From Candidatus Latescibacterota bacterium (GTDB taxonomy: Bacteria > Latescibacterota > UBA2968 > UBA8231), in assembly GCA_965219385.1 (NCBI GenBank), contig CBDCNM010000002.1, positions 1,854,936 to 1,918,935 on the forward strand: a stretch of 64,000 nucleotides of DNA, in the 5' to 3' direction. The notes beneath the pieces were generated by a model that had not been told where the DNA came from, made no database searches, and worked only from the letters and a program-made list of their open reading frames with translations. Every line of letters begins with the position of its first letter. Position 1 is the stretch's first letter. The position numbers and the translations under genes are program-made. Below, one piece after another: positions 29,489 to 41,159 of this stretch.

Positions 29489-31899
29489 CTACTCGTATCT
29501 CAGCGCATCCGCCGGGTTGGAGCGCGCCGCCAGCCAGGTCTGGCCGCTCACGGTGGCCAAGGCGACGGCGAGAACGGCCAGACCCGCCAGCGCGAACCAC
29601 CCCAGGCCGATGTCGATGCGGTAGGCGTAGAACGCGAGCCAGCGGTTGAGTACGAAGAAGGCCACGGGCCAGGCAATGGCGTTGGCCGCCACCACCAGCC
29701 AGCCGAATTCGCGCGACATCAACAGCAGCACGCTGCCGGTCGTGGCCCCGAGGACCTTGCGGATGCCGATTTCCCTGGTGCGCCGCGCCGCGGCCAGGGC
29801 GGCGAGGCCGACGAGTCCCATGCAGGAGATGGCTAGGGCGGTCGCGCTCATCCACTTCATGACAAGGCCGACGCGCCGCTCCACCTCGTAGCGCCCAGCA
29901 AAGGACTCGTCGAGGAAGGTCACGCCCTGTAGTTCGTATTCCGGCAGAATCCGTTTCCACAGCGCCTTTGCCTCCTCGACGGCCGCGGGCAGGTCGCGGT
30001 GGTCGAGCCGGAACAGGGTGTGCCAGAACCTGTCTTCAGGGAGCATGATCGTCGTCAGGAAAGCCGGCCCTAAGGTATGGCGCATGTCCTCAAAGTGGAA
30101 ATCCTCGACAATGCCGATCACCGGCACTGGCTCCTTACCGAGATGGTCAATGATCACGGTGCGTCCAATCGGATCTTCAGATCCCAAGAGGCGCGCCGCG
30201 GTCTCGTTGAGGAGGATGCCACGCAGCAAACCAGGCTCGTCGCTCGGGCCGAAGCCTTGCCCGGAGAGGACCTCGATCCCCATGACGCGCAGGAAATCCG
30301 GACTTACGTGGAAGGCTTTGGCGCGCAACGTGTTCTCACCGAACTGGAGTGTTATGGGGGGAAAGCCGCCATAGCCGGGTGCTGGCGAGGCGCCGGCGAC
30401 CCCCTTGACCAGTCCGGCCGGGAATCGATCTCGCTGGCGAGGCGCGCGATCTGCAAATCGTCGAGCTCGCCTTTGCTGTGAGCCAGCACGATCCGGTCGC
30501 CGTCGAACCCCAGGTCCATGGTGCGCATGAAGTCGAGCTGCCGCTCCATGGTGATGGTCACCACGACGAGGAAGGTTGACAGGGCGAACTGCAGGATAAT
30601 CAGACCGCGTCCGATGCGACCGCGGCCGACCTGGGGCGCCTTTCTGGACAGGGCCCGGACCGGGTGGAGCCGGGCGATGATCTGGGCCGGGTACAGGCCC
30701 GAGAGTACGCCGACCATCAGGGCCAGGGTCAGGGCGCCTGTTGCGGTCTCGACCGACAGCCACTCGAGCTCGAGTTCCTGATACACGACCTGGTTGAAGG
30801 CCGGCAGCAGCATTTCGGCCAGGGCCATGCCCCCGGCGACGGCGATCAGGCTGACGATGATGGCCTCGGTGAGGAACTGGTTGGAGAGCTGGTGGCGGGT
30901 GGCGCCGATCGCCTTGCGCAGGCCGACCTCGAGGGTGCGCGTCATGGCGCGGCTCAGGGCGAGGTTGACGAAGTTGATGGCGGCGATCAGTAGCACGATG
31001 GCGGCCAGCCCTACCAGCAGGTAGCAGTGCTCGATCGTGCCGCGCCCGATGGCGGCGGGCGCCATTATCCTGGGTCCGAAGTGAGCGCCCGCAAAAGGTT
31101 GCAGCCTGAGGCGGGCTATTCTGCGAATGCCTTCGTATTCGTCGGCCAGCGGCGCCAGTCGTGCTTCTATCTCGGCCGGATCTACGCCGTCTTCGAGCTC
31201 GATAAAGAGCCCGTGAAAACCTCGGATGTGCAGTTCCTCGGCGGCTGCCGCGGGCACGATTACACCTAAATAATGCAGTATGGTAGGCCCTGGCAGGGGG
31301 GCCAGCACACCCGTGATGGTGCGCTCCACCTCGACCGGCGTCTCCTTCGGTGGCGACGTCGAGTGGTCCCGCTCGACGGTGTGCAGCCGGATGCGCTCCC
31401 CCAGCATAGCGTGGGCGGGAACATCGGCGCCGAAGTACTTCAACGCCGTCTCATGGGCGAGGACGACACTCTGGGGATCATCGAGGGCCGTAGCCGCATC
31501 ACCGGCGGCCAGCGGCAGGGTGAACAGGGTGAGGAAGGCCGGATCAACAGCGAGAAAAGGCTCCCGGAAGGTCGCCTCGCCGTACGAGACCTTGCCGGAT
31601 TCCCGCTGCATGTGGACCGATTCGCGGATGCCGGCGACGGTAGTGCGCACCGCCTCGCGTAGCTCGGGAAATAACTCGGTGTGGTTGAAGAACCTGTCGG
31701 GCTCCAGATTTTCCATATAGATGACGAATATTCGGTCTCCTTTTTCGTGCCAGGTGTCGAAGGAGGTCTCGTGGCGCACGAACAGCAGGCAGAGGACGAC
31801 TACCGCCAGGGCTGCGGACAGTCCGGCGACGTTGATCAAGGAGATCGTCTTGTTGCGCCCCAATACGCGCAGGGCAATGATCAGGTTGCTTTTCCACAT
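29489..31899 (-). pseudogene. ABC permease paralog with a 1-nt deletion near 30414 (real or assembly error)
   Basis: accagtccggccggg vs paralog accagtcccggccggg; split ORFs 30352-31959 and 29489-30763. Confidence 0.85.
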
Positions 31900-31955
31900 G
31901 ATTTCGTTCCTTGCAGTTTTCCCGGGTTCGCCGGGGGTATTGTTCTTCGTTGGAT

Positions 31956-32681
31956 TCACCGCTCCTTGGCGATGTCCTCGGTCACGATCCTTCCGTCGAA
32001 GAGGTGAATGACCCGGTGGGCGAAGTCGGCGTAGGCCGGCGAGTGGGTCACCATCACCACGGTGGTTCCGTTCCGGTTCATCTCGGTGAGCATCTCCATG
32101 ACCTCGTCTCCGTGGCGCGAGTCGAGGTTGCCCGTCGGCTCATCCGCGAGAACCAGCTTCGGTTCCGAGACCAGGGCCCTCGCCACGGCCACGCGCTGCT
32201 GCTGGCCTCCGGACAGCTGCAGTGGAAAGTGCTTCTCGCGGTGGGTGATCTGCATGTGGTCGAGGATTGACCGCACCCGCTGCTTGCGCTCCTTGGCCGG
32301 AATGCCCATATAGAGCAGGGGCAGCTCGACGTTCTCGTACACCGTCAGCTCGTTGATCAGGTTGTACGACTGAAAGACGAAACCGATCGTCCCCTTGCGC
32401 AGGTTCGCCCGGAGGCGCTCCGAGTAGGTGGCCACTTCCTCCTCCAGCAGATAGTATTCCCCCTCGGTCGGATTGTCGAGCAGGCCGAGCAGATTGAGCA
32501 GCGTCGATTTGCCGCAGCCCGACGGCCCCATGATGGCCGCAAATTCTCCGTCGGCGATTTCGAGGTTGACGTTGTCCAGGGCGGTCGTCTCCACCTCCTC
32601 GGTGGTGTAGAGCTTGCTCAGCCCGACGGTGCGGATCAGCGTCGCCTTGCCGTTTTCAGTGTTCGGTGCGTGCTCGGTCAT
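31956..32681 (-). CDS. ABC transporter ATP-binding protein (MacB/LolD type)
   Basis: GPSGCGKST, LSGGQQQRV, LADEPTGNLD. Confidence 0.95.
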   Translation of the reverse strand: MTEHAPNTENGKATLIRTVGLSKLYTTEEVETTALDNVNLEIADGEFAAIMGPSGCGKSTLLNLLGLLDNPTEGEYYLLEEEVATYSERLRANLRKGTIGFVFQSYNLINELTVYENVELPLLYMGIPAKERKQRVRSILDHMQITHREKHFPLQLSGGQQQRVAVARALVSEPKLVLADEPTGNLDSRHGDEVMEMLTEMNRNGTTVVMVTHSPAYADFAHRVIHLFDGRIVTEDIAKER

Positions 32682-32706
32682 GTCTTTGCTCCTGGTTGGG
32701 GGCGTG

Positions 32707-34059
32707 CTAGCGCAACACCAGCACGTCCATGTTTTCGCCAAAGGTCTCGTAGCTCGAGGTAATCACCTGCTCCCCCGGCTCAAGTCCCTCCAGCACCTCG
32801 TAGACTCGGGGATTCTGGCGCCCGAGCGCGATAGAGCGCCGCGTGGCCCGCTCGCCGGAATCGTCGAGCACGTAGGTCCAGTGGCCCCCCGTCGTCTGGT
32901 AGAACCCACCCCGCGCCACTTGCACTGTTTCCTCCAAATCGCCCAGTTCCAGGCGGATGTGCAGGGTCTGGCCCCGCCGGATGCCCTCGGGTGCTTCCCC
33001 CTCGAACACCAGATCTACCTCAAAACGGCCCTCCTTTACCTCTGGGTAGACCTTGCGGATTACCAGGCCGTACGGCTCGTCGCCGCTGTCGAACTGGCCG
33101 CGCTGACCCCGGCCCACGCGGTCGATGTAGTGCTCGTCGATGGCGGCGCGCACCTTGAAACCGTCGACCATGTCGATCTGGCCCAGGCGCACGCCCCTCC
33201 CCTTGCTCTCGCCGATCTCCGCGTCCAGCATGGTCAGCTGCCCGGGCACGGGGGCCCGCACCGTCAGGTTGTCGAGCCGGCCGCGGACGATTTCCAGGTT
33301 GCGTTCCATGCGCTCCACCGCCGAGACCAGCTGCACCACCTTGCTCGCCGCCAGCAGCGAATCCTGGGTCTGGGTCTCCCGGGTCAGGGCCATGCGGCGG
33401 GCGCTGTACTGGTACGCGTCGCGCAGCCGCTCGTACTCCTGCCGCGACACGATGGCGGTCAAATCTTCCGGCGACAGATTCTCGTAGCGCTCGAAATTGC
33501 GTTTGTCGATGGCCAGCCGGTACTCGATCTCCAGCAGCGTCTTCCGCGAGTGCAGCAGATCCTGCTCCATGGTCAGCCGGCCGTTGAGCAACTCCTCCCT
33601 GCTGCGCTCCAGTTCGGCCTCCTGTCGCAGGACTGTCAGCTCCAGATCGGGGTTGGCCAGGCGCAGCAGCGGATCGCCCTCGGCCACTGGGGCGCCCTCT
33701 TCGGCGAACACCCGCTCTACCTGGCCGCTCTCCAGGGCGTCCAGGTACACGGTGCGGAGCGGCAGCACAGTACCGCGCACCGGGATGTACTCCTGAAACG
33801 GGCCGAACTCAACCGTCGAGATGGTCAGTCTGTCGCGCTCCACATTCAGTTTGCGCACGCCGAAATCCCCGAGCAGGCCGTATCCAGCCAGCCCGCCCAA
33901 CAGCAGAACAGCCGCGAACAGGGCCACGCGCCGCGGCGGGAACCGCCGCTTGGCGATTTTGCGGTCCATGCCGGCGCCGCCGCCGAGACGGGTGACATCG
34001 GAGTTGGATTCGGGGGGCGCGGCGCGCTCTTGGGGGAAGATTCGGATATTTGCGGGCAT
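32707..34059 (-). CDS. Efflux periplasmic adaptor (HlyD/MFP)
   Basis: TM anchor, GQVERVFAEEG lipoyl half, coiled coil, EVLEGLEPGEQVI; start may be 33969. Confidence 0.88.
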   Translation of the reverse strand: MPANIRIFPQERAAPPESNSDVTRLGGGAGMDRKIAKRRFPPRRVALFAAVLLLGGLAGYGLLGDFGVRKLNVERDRLTISTVEFGPFQEYIPVRGTVLPLRTVYLDALESGQVERVFAEEGAPVAEGDPLLRLANPDLELTVLRQEAELERSREELLNGRLTMEQDLLHSRKTLLEIEYRLAIDKRNFERYENLSPEDLTAIVSRQEYERLRDAYQYSARRMALTRETQTQDSLLAASKVVQLVSAVERMERNLEIVRGRLDNLTVRAPVPGQLTMLDAEIGESKGRGVRLGQIDMVDGFKVRAAIDEHYIDRVGRGQRGQFDSGDEPYGLVIRKVYPEVKEGRFEVDLVFEGEAPEGIRRGQTLHIRLELGDLEETVQVARGGFYQTTGGHWTYVLDDSGERATRRSIALGRQNPRVYEVLEGLEPGEQVITSSYETFGENMDVLVLR

Positions 34060-34111
34060 AGCACTTTCATCCTTATCTTGTGGTAATTCGCAACTCACAT
34101 CTCCAAAGGAA

Positions 34112-34127
34112 AGCAAGATGTATGCCA
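34112..34127 (-). promoter_or_regulatory. sigma54 -24/-12 promoter for the exporter operon
   Basis: Minus strand TGGCATACATCTTGCT, exact GG-N10-GC spacing. Confidence 0.8.
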
Positions 34128-34193
34128 TATTCTCTAACTTCTTGGAAAAGAAGAAGATGAGTCGAATCGGTCCCTTGGCCGGTCCAGCGCTAC

Positions 34194-34235
34194 TGTCTGC
34201 TGACGATACACTGGGTGTCCGCTGGCGTACACTGG
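34194..34235. promoter_or_regulatory. Candidate tandem enhancer (UAS) sites for the adjacent NtrC-type regulator
   Basis: TGTCTGCTGACGATACACTGG and TGTCCGCTGGCGTACACTGG (TGT-N11/N10-ACA), 22 bp apart. Confidence 0.6.
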
Positions 34236-34247
34236 AGAGCGGCTTCC

Positions 34248-35624
34248 GTGCCTGCTGAGGCCGCCCGCATCCTGGTCGTCGACGACGACCAGGACGTCCT
34301 CGTCGCCGCCCGCTTGCTCCTCAAGCAGCAGGGCTACCGGGTCCGCACCGAGACCGATCCCCAGGCCATTCCGAGCGCCCTTGAGCAGGAGGCCCCCGTG
34401 GTTGTCCTCCTCGACATGAACTTCACACAGGAGGCGACCAGCGGCCGGGAGGGGTTCTACTGGCTCCAGCAGATCCGGGAGCAGGACCCGACAGTCGTCG
34501 TCTTGCTGATCACCGCGTACGGCGATGTCGAGATGGCCGTGCGCGCCATCAAGGAAGGCGCCGTCGATTTTGTGCTCAAGCCCTGGCAGAACGAAAAGCT
34601 GCTCGCCACCGTGTCCGCGGCCGTGGAACTGCACCACTCTCGCCGGGAAGCCCACCGCCTGCGCTCCCGCCAGCAGCGGCTGTCCGCGGATCTCGACCAG
34701 CCCTTTGTCGACATCATCGGCCAGGCCCCGGTCCTACGGGAGGTTTTCCAGACGATTGCCAAGGTGGCCGCCACCGACGCCAGCATCCTCATCCTCGGCG
34801 AGAACGGCTCTGGCAAGGAACTGGTGGCGCGCGAGATTCACCGCCGCTCGCAGCGCGCCGGCGAAGTCTTCATCGCCGTCGACATGGGCTCCCTGAGCGA
34901 AACCCTGTTCGAGAGCGAACTCTTCGGCCACGTCAAGGGCGCCTTCACCGACGCCCGCAGCGACCGCGCCGGCCGCTTTGAAATCGCCTCCGGGGGCACC
35001 CTGTTCCTCGACGAGATCGGCAACCTGCCCCTGCCCCTGCAGGTCAAGCTCCTCGCGGCCCTGCAAAACCAGCAGATCGTTCGCGTCGGCGCCAACCAGC
35101 CCGTGCAAGTGGATGTGCGTCTTATATGCGCTACCAACAGGCCCATCCACGAGATGGCCGCGGTGGGCACCTTTCGCCAGGACCTCCTCTACCGCGTCAA
35201 CACCGTGGAAATCCATCTGCCCCCCCTGCGCGAGCGCCCCGAGGACATCCCGCTTTTGGCCCATCACTTCCTCGACCTGTACCGGACCAAGTACCACAAG
35301 GCCCTGACCGGACTGGAGGCCGAGGCGCTCGCCCAGTTGCGCTCGTACGCCTGGCCGGGCAATGTGCGGGAATTGCAGCACGCGGTGGAGCGCGCCGTCA
35401 TCATGAGCGAAGGGGACCAACTGACCGCGGGCGATTTCCCGCTGACCGCGGCCCCGCCGCCCGGGGAGAGCCTCGCCTTTGACAGCTACAACCTCGAAGA
35501 CGTGGAACGCGAGGTCATCGCCCGGGCGTTGCGCAAGCACCAGGGCAACGTCAGCCAAACCGCGCGGGAGCTCGGACTCACCCGCACCGCCCTGTATCGT
35601 CGAATGGAGAAATATGGCCTCTAA
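34248..35624 (+). CDS. sigma54-dependent response regulator (NtrC family)
   Basis: REC LLDMNF, GENGSGKE, GAFTDA, WPGNVREL, Fis HTH. Confidence 0.93.
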   Translation: MPAEAARILVVDDDQDVLVAARLLLKQQGYRVRTETDPQAIPSALEQEAPVVVLLDMNFTQEATSGREGFYWLQQIREQDPTVVVLLITAYGDVEMAVRAIKEGAVDFVLKPWQNEKLLATVSAAVELHHSRREAHRLRSRQQRLSADLDQPFVDIIGQAPVLREVFQTIAKVAATDASILILGENGSGKELVAREIHRRSQRAGEVFIAVDMGSLSETLFESELFGHVKGAFTDARSDRAGRFEIASGGTLFLDEIGNLPLPLQVKLLAALQNQQIVRVGANQPVQVDVRLICATNRPIHEMAAVGTFRQDLLYRVNTVEIHLPPLRERPEDIPLLAHHFLDLYRTKYHKALTGLEAEALAQLRSYAWPGNVRELQHAVERAVIMSEGDQLTAGDFPLTAAPPPGESLAFDSYNLEDVEREVIARALRKHQGNVSQTARELGLTRTALYRRMEKYGL

Positions 35625-36978
35625 GGTCCAAGGCTTGGTGGGCGTCCTGCGCCGCTTGGCGCAAGGGTGCCGCGCCTTCCGCGCGCGAGTCGTGCTGCGC
35701 GTCGTCCTCCTCGGCGCCACTTTGTGGCTGCTGTTCTATATGATAGTAAAAGGAATGAACTACCCGACTGTCACCGTCGTCGGCCTCGTCCTGCTCTACC
35801 AGCTCTACGCCCTCGTCCACTACGTCGAGCGCACCAACCGCGATCTGGCGCGCTTTTTGGCCGCCATCCGCTACGCCGACTTTTCGCAGACGTTTGTCAC
35901 CGGCGGCCTGGGCTCCTCTTTCGACGAACTGAAGACCTCGTTCAACGAGGTCCTCGACGCGTTTCGCCGGGCGCGGGCCGAAAAGGAGGAACAAGCGCGC
36001 TACCTGCAGACCGTGGTGCAGCACATTGGCGTTGGGTTGATCGCGTTCGACAGGGCCGGCGAAGTGTCGCTGATCAACAACGCGGCCAAGCGTCTTTTGA
36101 GGGTGCCCCGCCTGGGCCGCATCGCCGATCTCGAGCGCGTCAGTCCCATCCTGCCCACCACCCTGCAAAGCCTCGGCCCCCGGGGCCGCGACCTGGTGCG
36201 CTTGGAGGAGATCCAGCTCGCCCTGCACGCGTCGGTGTTCCGCACGGGCGACCGCGAGCACACCCTGGTGGCGCTCTACGACATTGGTCCCGACCTCGAT
36301 GAAAAGGAGATGGAGGCCTGGCAGAACCTGATCCGCGTGCTCACCCACGAAATCATGAATTCCATCACCCCCATTGCTTCGCTGGCCGCCACCGCGGACG
36401 GAATGCTAAAAGAGGACAGCCTCGATGCCGAGACCACCGCGGACATTCGCACCGCGGTGGGCACCATCCAGCGCCGCAGCGAGGGCCTGCTGCACTTTGT
36501 CGAAACCTACCGCGACCTCACCCGCGTACCAGCGCCCTCCTTTGAGATTGTCTCGGTGGCCGGCCTGTTCGCCCGGGTGGAGCAGCTACTGCGGCCCCAA
36601 TTCGCCGAGTCCGAGGTCGAGTTGCACACCGAGGTCGATCCCCCCAGCCTCGAATTGACCGCGGACCCCGAGCAAGTCGAGCAGATCCTCATCAACCTGC
36701 TGAGCAATGCCCGCGAAGCCACCGCCGGCCGCGCCGGGCCCCGCGTTGACTTAACCGCTCATCTGGCGCACGACAAGGTCGTCGTCGAGGTCGCGGACAA
36801 TGGGCCGGGGATCGTCGAAGAAGCGCTCGGCAAGGTCTTCATCCCCTTCTTCACGACCAAGCAGGACGGCTCCGGCATTGGGCTGAGCCTGTGCCGCCAG
36901 ATCATGCGGCTGCACCGCGGGTCCATCTCCGCCCGCTCGGAACCGGGGGTGCGAACGGTGTTTGCGTTGCGGTTTTGA
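35614..36978 (+). CDS. Sensor histidine kinase
   Basis: 2 TM, PAS-like region, THEIMNSITP, DNGPG, PFFTTK, GSGIGL. Confidence 0.92.
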   Translation: MASKVQGLVGVLRRLAQGCRAFRARVVLRVVLLGATLWLLFYMIVKGMNYPTVTVVGLVLLYQLYALVHYVERTNRDLARFLAAIRYADFSQTFVTGGLGSSFDELKTSFNEVLDAFRRARAEKEEQARYLQTVVQHIGVGLIAFDRAGEVSLINNAAKRLLRVPRLGRIADLERVSPILPTTLQSLGPRGRDLVRLEEIQLALHASVFRTGDREHTLVALYDIGPDLDEKEMEAWQNLIRVLTHEIMNSITPIASLAATADGMLKEDSLDAETTADIRTAVGTIQRRSEGLLHFVETYRDLTRVPAPSFEIVSVAGLFARVEQLLRPQFAESEVELHTEVDPPSLELTADPEQVEQILINLLSNAREATAGRAGPRVDLTAHLAHDKVVVEVADNGPGIVEEALGKVFIPFFTTKQDGSGIGLSLCRQIMRLHRGSISARSEPGVRTVFALRF

Positions 36979-37017
36979 GGGGGCGAGTGCGGCCTGTTTG
37001 TCTGGCACTTCCGGTCC

Positions 37018-37254
37018 TCAAATGAATTTCTCAGGGGATACCTTGAATAGCTCTGCCAATTTCCGGGCTGTTTTTAAGCTAATCGACCGCACCCCTCTCT
37101 CCATATTTGAGATATGCTGACGGGGAACAGCGCCAAGCATCTCACCCAACTTGGCCTGAGTCAAACCGCGATTCTCCCGGTAGGTCCTCAGATTGTCGCC
37201 CGGTGTCATCCTCGATTTGATATCCCGATACCAGTCGGTCTCAAAGATGTTCAC
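37018..37254 (-). CDS. Small XRE HTH protein (antitoxin-like)
   Basis: LRTYRENRGLTQAKLG..QHISNMERG. Confidence 0.8.
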   Translation of the reverse strand: MNIFETDWYRDIKSRMTPGDNLRTYRENRGLTQAKLGEMLGAVPRQHISNMERGVRSISLKTARKLAELFKVSPEKFI

Positions 37255-37292
37255 GTTCTCTTCGTCGTTTGGTTTTGTTGCACGAATATCTG

Positions 37293-37364
37293 TAACTCGT
37301 TGTCTTGCAATAAGTCATCATTTCGATCATAAAATTTATAACTTATTGTGTCCCAATAAGTTAT
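37293..37364. promoter_or_regulatory. Two AT-rich palindromes TAACTyrTTG-N5-CAATAAGTyA
   Basis: Perfect 11-bp IR at 37338-37364; degenerate copy at 37293-37317. Confidence 0.55.
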
Positions 37365-37413
37365 CGTTTTTCATGCAACAAAGCCAGAGTAGTCTGTGGC
37401 GCGTCCATCCTTC

Positions 37414-38448
37414 CTACTGCCAATCAGGCTGCCATTCGGGGGTCATGGCCAGGATCGCTTCCTTGGCACCCTTGCATTCGTAGATCGAGTATTCGGTACG
37501 CGGCCTCGTCAGGTTCAAGTAGGCGTACAGCGAGAAGTCCTCATCGGCACTCTTCCTCGTGAATACCCCATATCGAAGACCGTCAGTTACGATCAGGCGC
37601 AGGCAGGCCGACCTTGACTTTGCATATCCTGCGGCCTGCGACACTGCCCAAGACAAACACGCGTTGCGGACCTGCTTGGCTTCAAGGGTCACAGAAAGAT
37701 GAGCGTCTTCCCGGGGCAGCCTGGAAAACAGCGCAACGTCAATGTTGTTCCATTCGAGCGACATCCTTTGCGGCGTCCAGCCGAGGATCCGAAGCAGCGG
37801 CACGACAAGATGGCTCACCGTTTCGTGCTCTGACGGATTTGTTCCCCATGGCCATCCGTTGTACCAAGTAGCGATTCGGAGGAACTCCCCGCTCGGCTCC
37901 AGAAGACTCCGAATGGAATCGCTTGCAATGCCTCTATCGAACAGGTAAGCCGCTATCTCGTCGCTAGTAACAGTTTTGCCTTCTTGTGGGAGATCACAGT
38001 GCGAGCGTTCTATCAGATCGTCAGCTATCTCCAACTCCTCCAGCCACTTTCTGACTGCATCATTGTAAATACGCTGTGTCGTGCTCCGCGTCAGGGCCCG
38101 ATTGAATGCCTCGAGGCCTTTTTCGCACTTCCACAACCAGTTCACGCGTCGCGTGTGTCCAAGATTCCACCCGTCAACATCATTGAATTCGTCCCACCAT
38201 TTGTATTCACCGATGACGCCGACTCCATAAACAGCGCTCTGGCCGAGCTTGAGAACGACGATGTCATCACCCTGCATTTGCCCGCAGAACGCACGAACTT
38301 CCTTGCGCGCCCGGTCATGATCGCTTTCCTGCCAAGGATCACTACCGGGACCGGTCAGGATGACATCCCACCTAAGACACACATCCGCGTGTCCGTGGCT
38401 CGGATCCCCGGCCGCATGCTGCCACAGTCTCTTGCCTTCAATGTTCAC
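37414..38448 (-). CDS. Putative PD-(D/E)xK nuclease with HsdR_N-like C-terminal domain
   Basis: SEHETVSHLVVPLLRILGW, IDVALF..LEAK, VTDGLRY; GTG 38448 preceded by TAAGGAG. Confidence 0.6.
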   Translation of the reverse strand: MNIEGKRLWQHAAGDPSHGHADVCLRWDVILTGPGSDPWQESDHDRARKEVRAFCGQMQGDDIVVLKLGQSAVYGVGVIGEYKWWDEFNDVDGWNLGHTRRVNWLWKCEKGLEAFNRALTRSTTQRIYNDAVRKWLEELEIADDLIERSHCDLPQEGKTVTSDEIAAYLFDRGIASDSIRSLLEPSGEFLRIATWYNGWPWGTNPSEHETVSHLVVPLLRILGWTPQRMSLEWNNIDVALFSRLPREDAHLSVTLEAKQVRNACLSWAVSQAAGYAKSRSACLRLIVTDGLRYGVFTRKSADEDFSLYAYLNLTRPRTEYSIYECKGAKEAILAMTPEWQPDWQ

Positions 38449-38488
38449 GGATCCGATCTCCTTAGATGGTTTGAATCGCATGTAGCTC

Positions 38489-40579
<2,091 letters not shown>

Positions 40580-40633
40580 TTAATGATTAAGAGGTCGCGG
40601 AGTTTTTGCCCTCAAGACAATCCGGGAAAAGAC

Positions 40634-40662
40634 TTGTGGGATGAACGGTATTACCGTACACT
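40634..40662 (+). promoter_or_regulatory. sigma70-like promoter with overlapping palindromic operator (higBA)
   Basis: TTGTGG-17-TACACT; IR TGaACGGTAtTACCGTaCA at 40642-40660. Confidence 0.6.
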
Positions 40663-40668
40663 TAGGGC

Positions 40669-40869
40669 AGGATCATTCGCTCTGTCCACCACCGGGGATT
40701 GCGCCGGTTGATCGAGGACGACAATCCCTGGTTCCTGCAACACAACTTGGTTGACCGAGGGCGCAAGATCTTGACGGCCCTGATCTTGGCTGAGGAGTTG
40801 GACAGATTCATTGCCGATGCGCCTCGTGGCTGGCGCATCCACCGGCTCTCAGGTAACCGGACGAATTAA
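40669..40869 (+). pseudogene. higB: HigB toxin 5' part; AGG where ATG is expected
   Basis: IIRSVHHRGLRRLIEDD...PRGWRIHRLSGNR then TAA. Confidence 0.75.
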
Positions 40870-40878
40870 CAGAGGTGT

Positions 40879-41154
40879 ATGGCGAAACTTGCGGAATTTT
40901 ATGGAGTTATTATCCGAATGTTCTCGGAAGTGGGTAGCCCTCACCATCGGCCGCATTTTCATGCGAGATACTCAGGTCATAAGGCTGTTTATGGGATTGA
41001 TCAGGGTAAGATAGGGAAGATTGAGGGTTCACTTCCTAGGAATAAGCATCGACAAGTAATGAAATGGGCGGCGGAGCATAGAATAGAACTTGAAGCCGCT
41101 TGGGACCTGTTACAGAAAGGCGAACTCCCTGACCCTATTGAGCCACTGGAGTAA
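40879..41154 (+). CDS. DUF4160 family protein (DhiT-like)
   Basis: FYGVIIRMF..HHRPHFHARY, GSLP, WAAEHRIEL. Confidence 0.88.
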   Translation: MAKLAEFYGVIIRMFSEVGSPHHRPHFHARYSGHKAVYGIDQGKIGKIEGSLPRNKHRQVMKWAAEHRIELEAAWDLLQKGELPDPIEPLE

Positions 41155-41159
41155 TACAA

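Noticed and set aside
25673..31899. Diversity-generating retroelement behind permease variation
   Set aside because: No reverse transcriptase; differences include indels and are not adenine-specific
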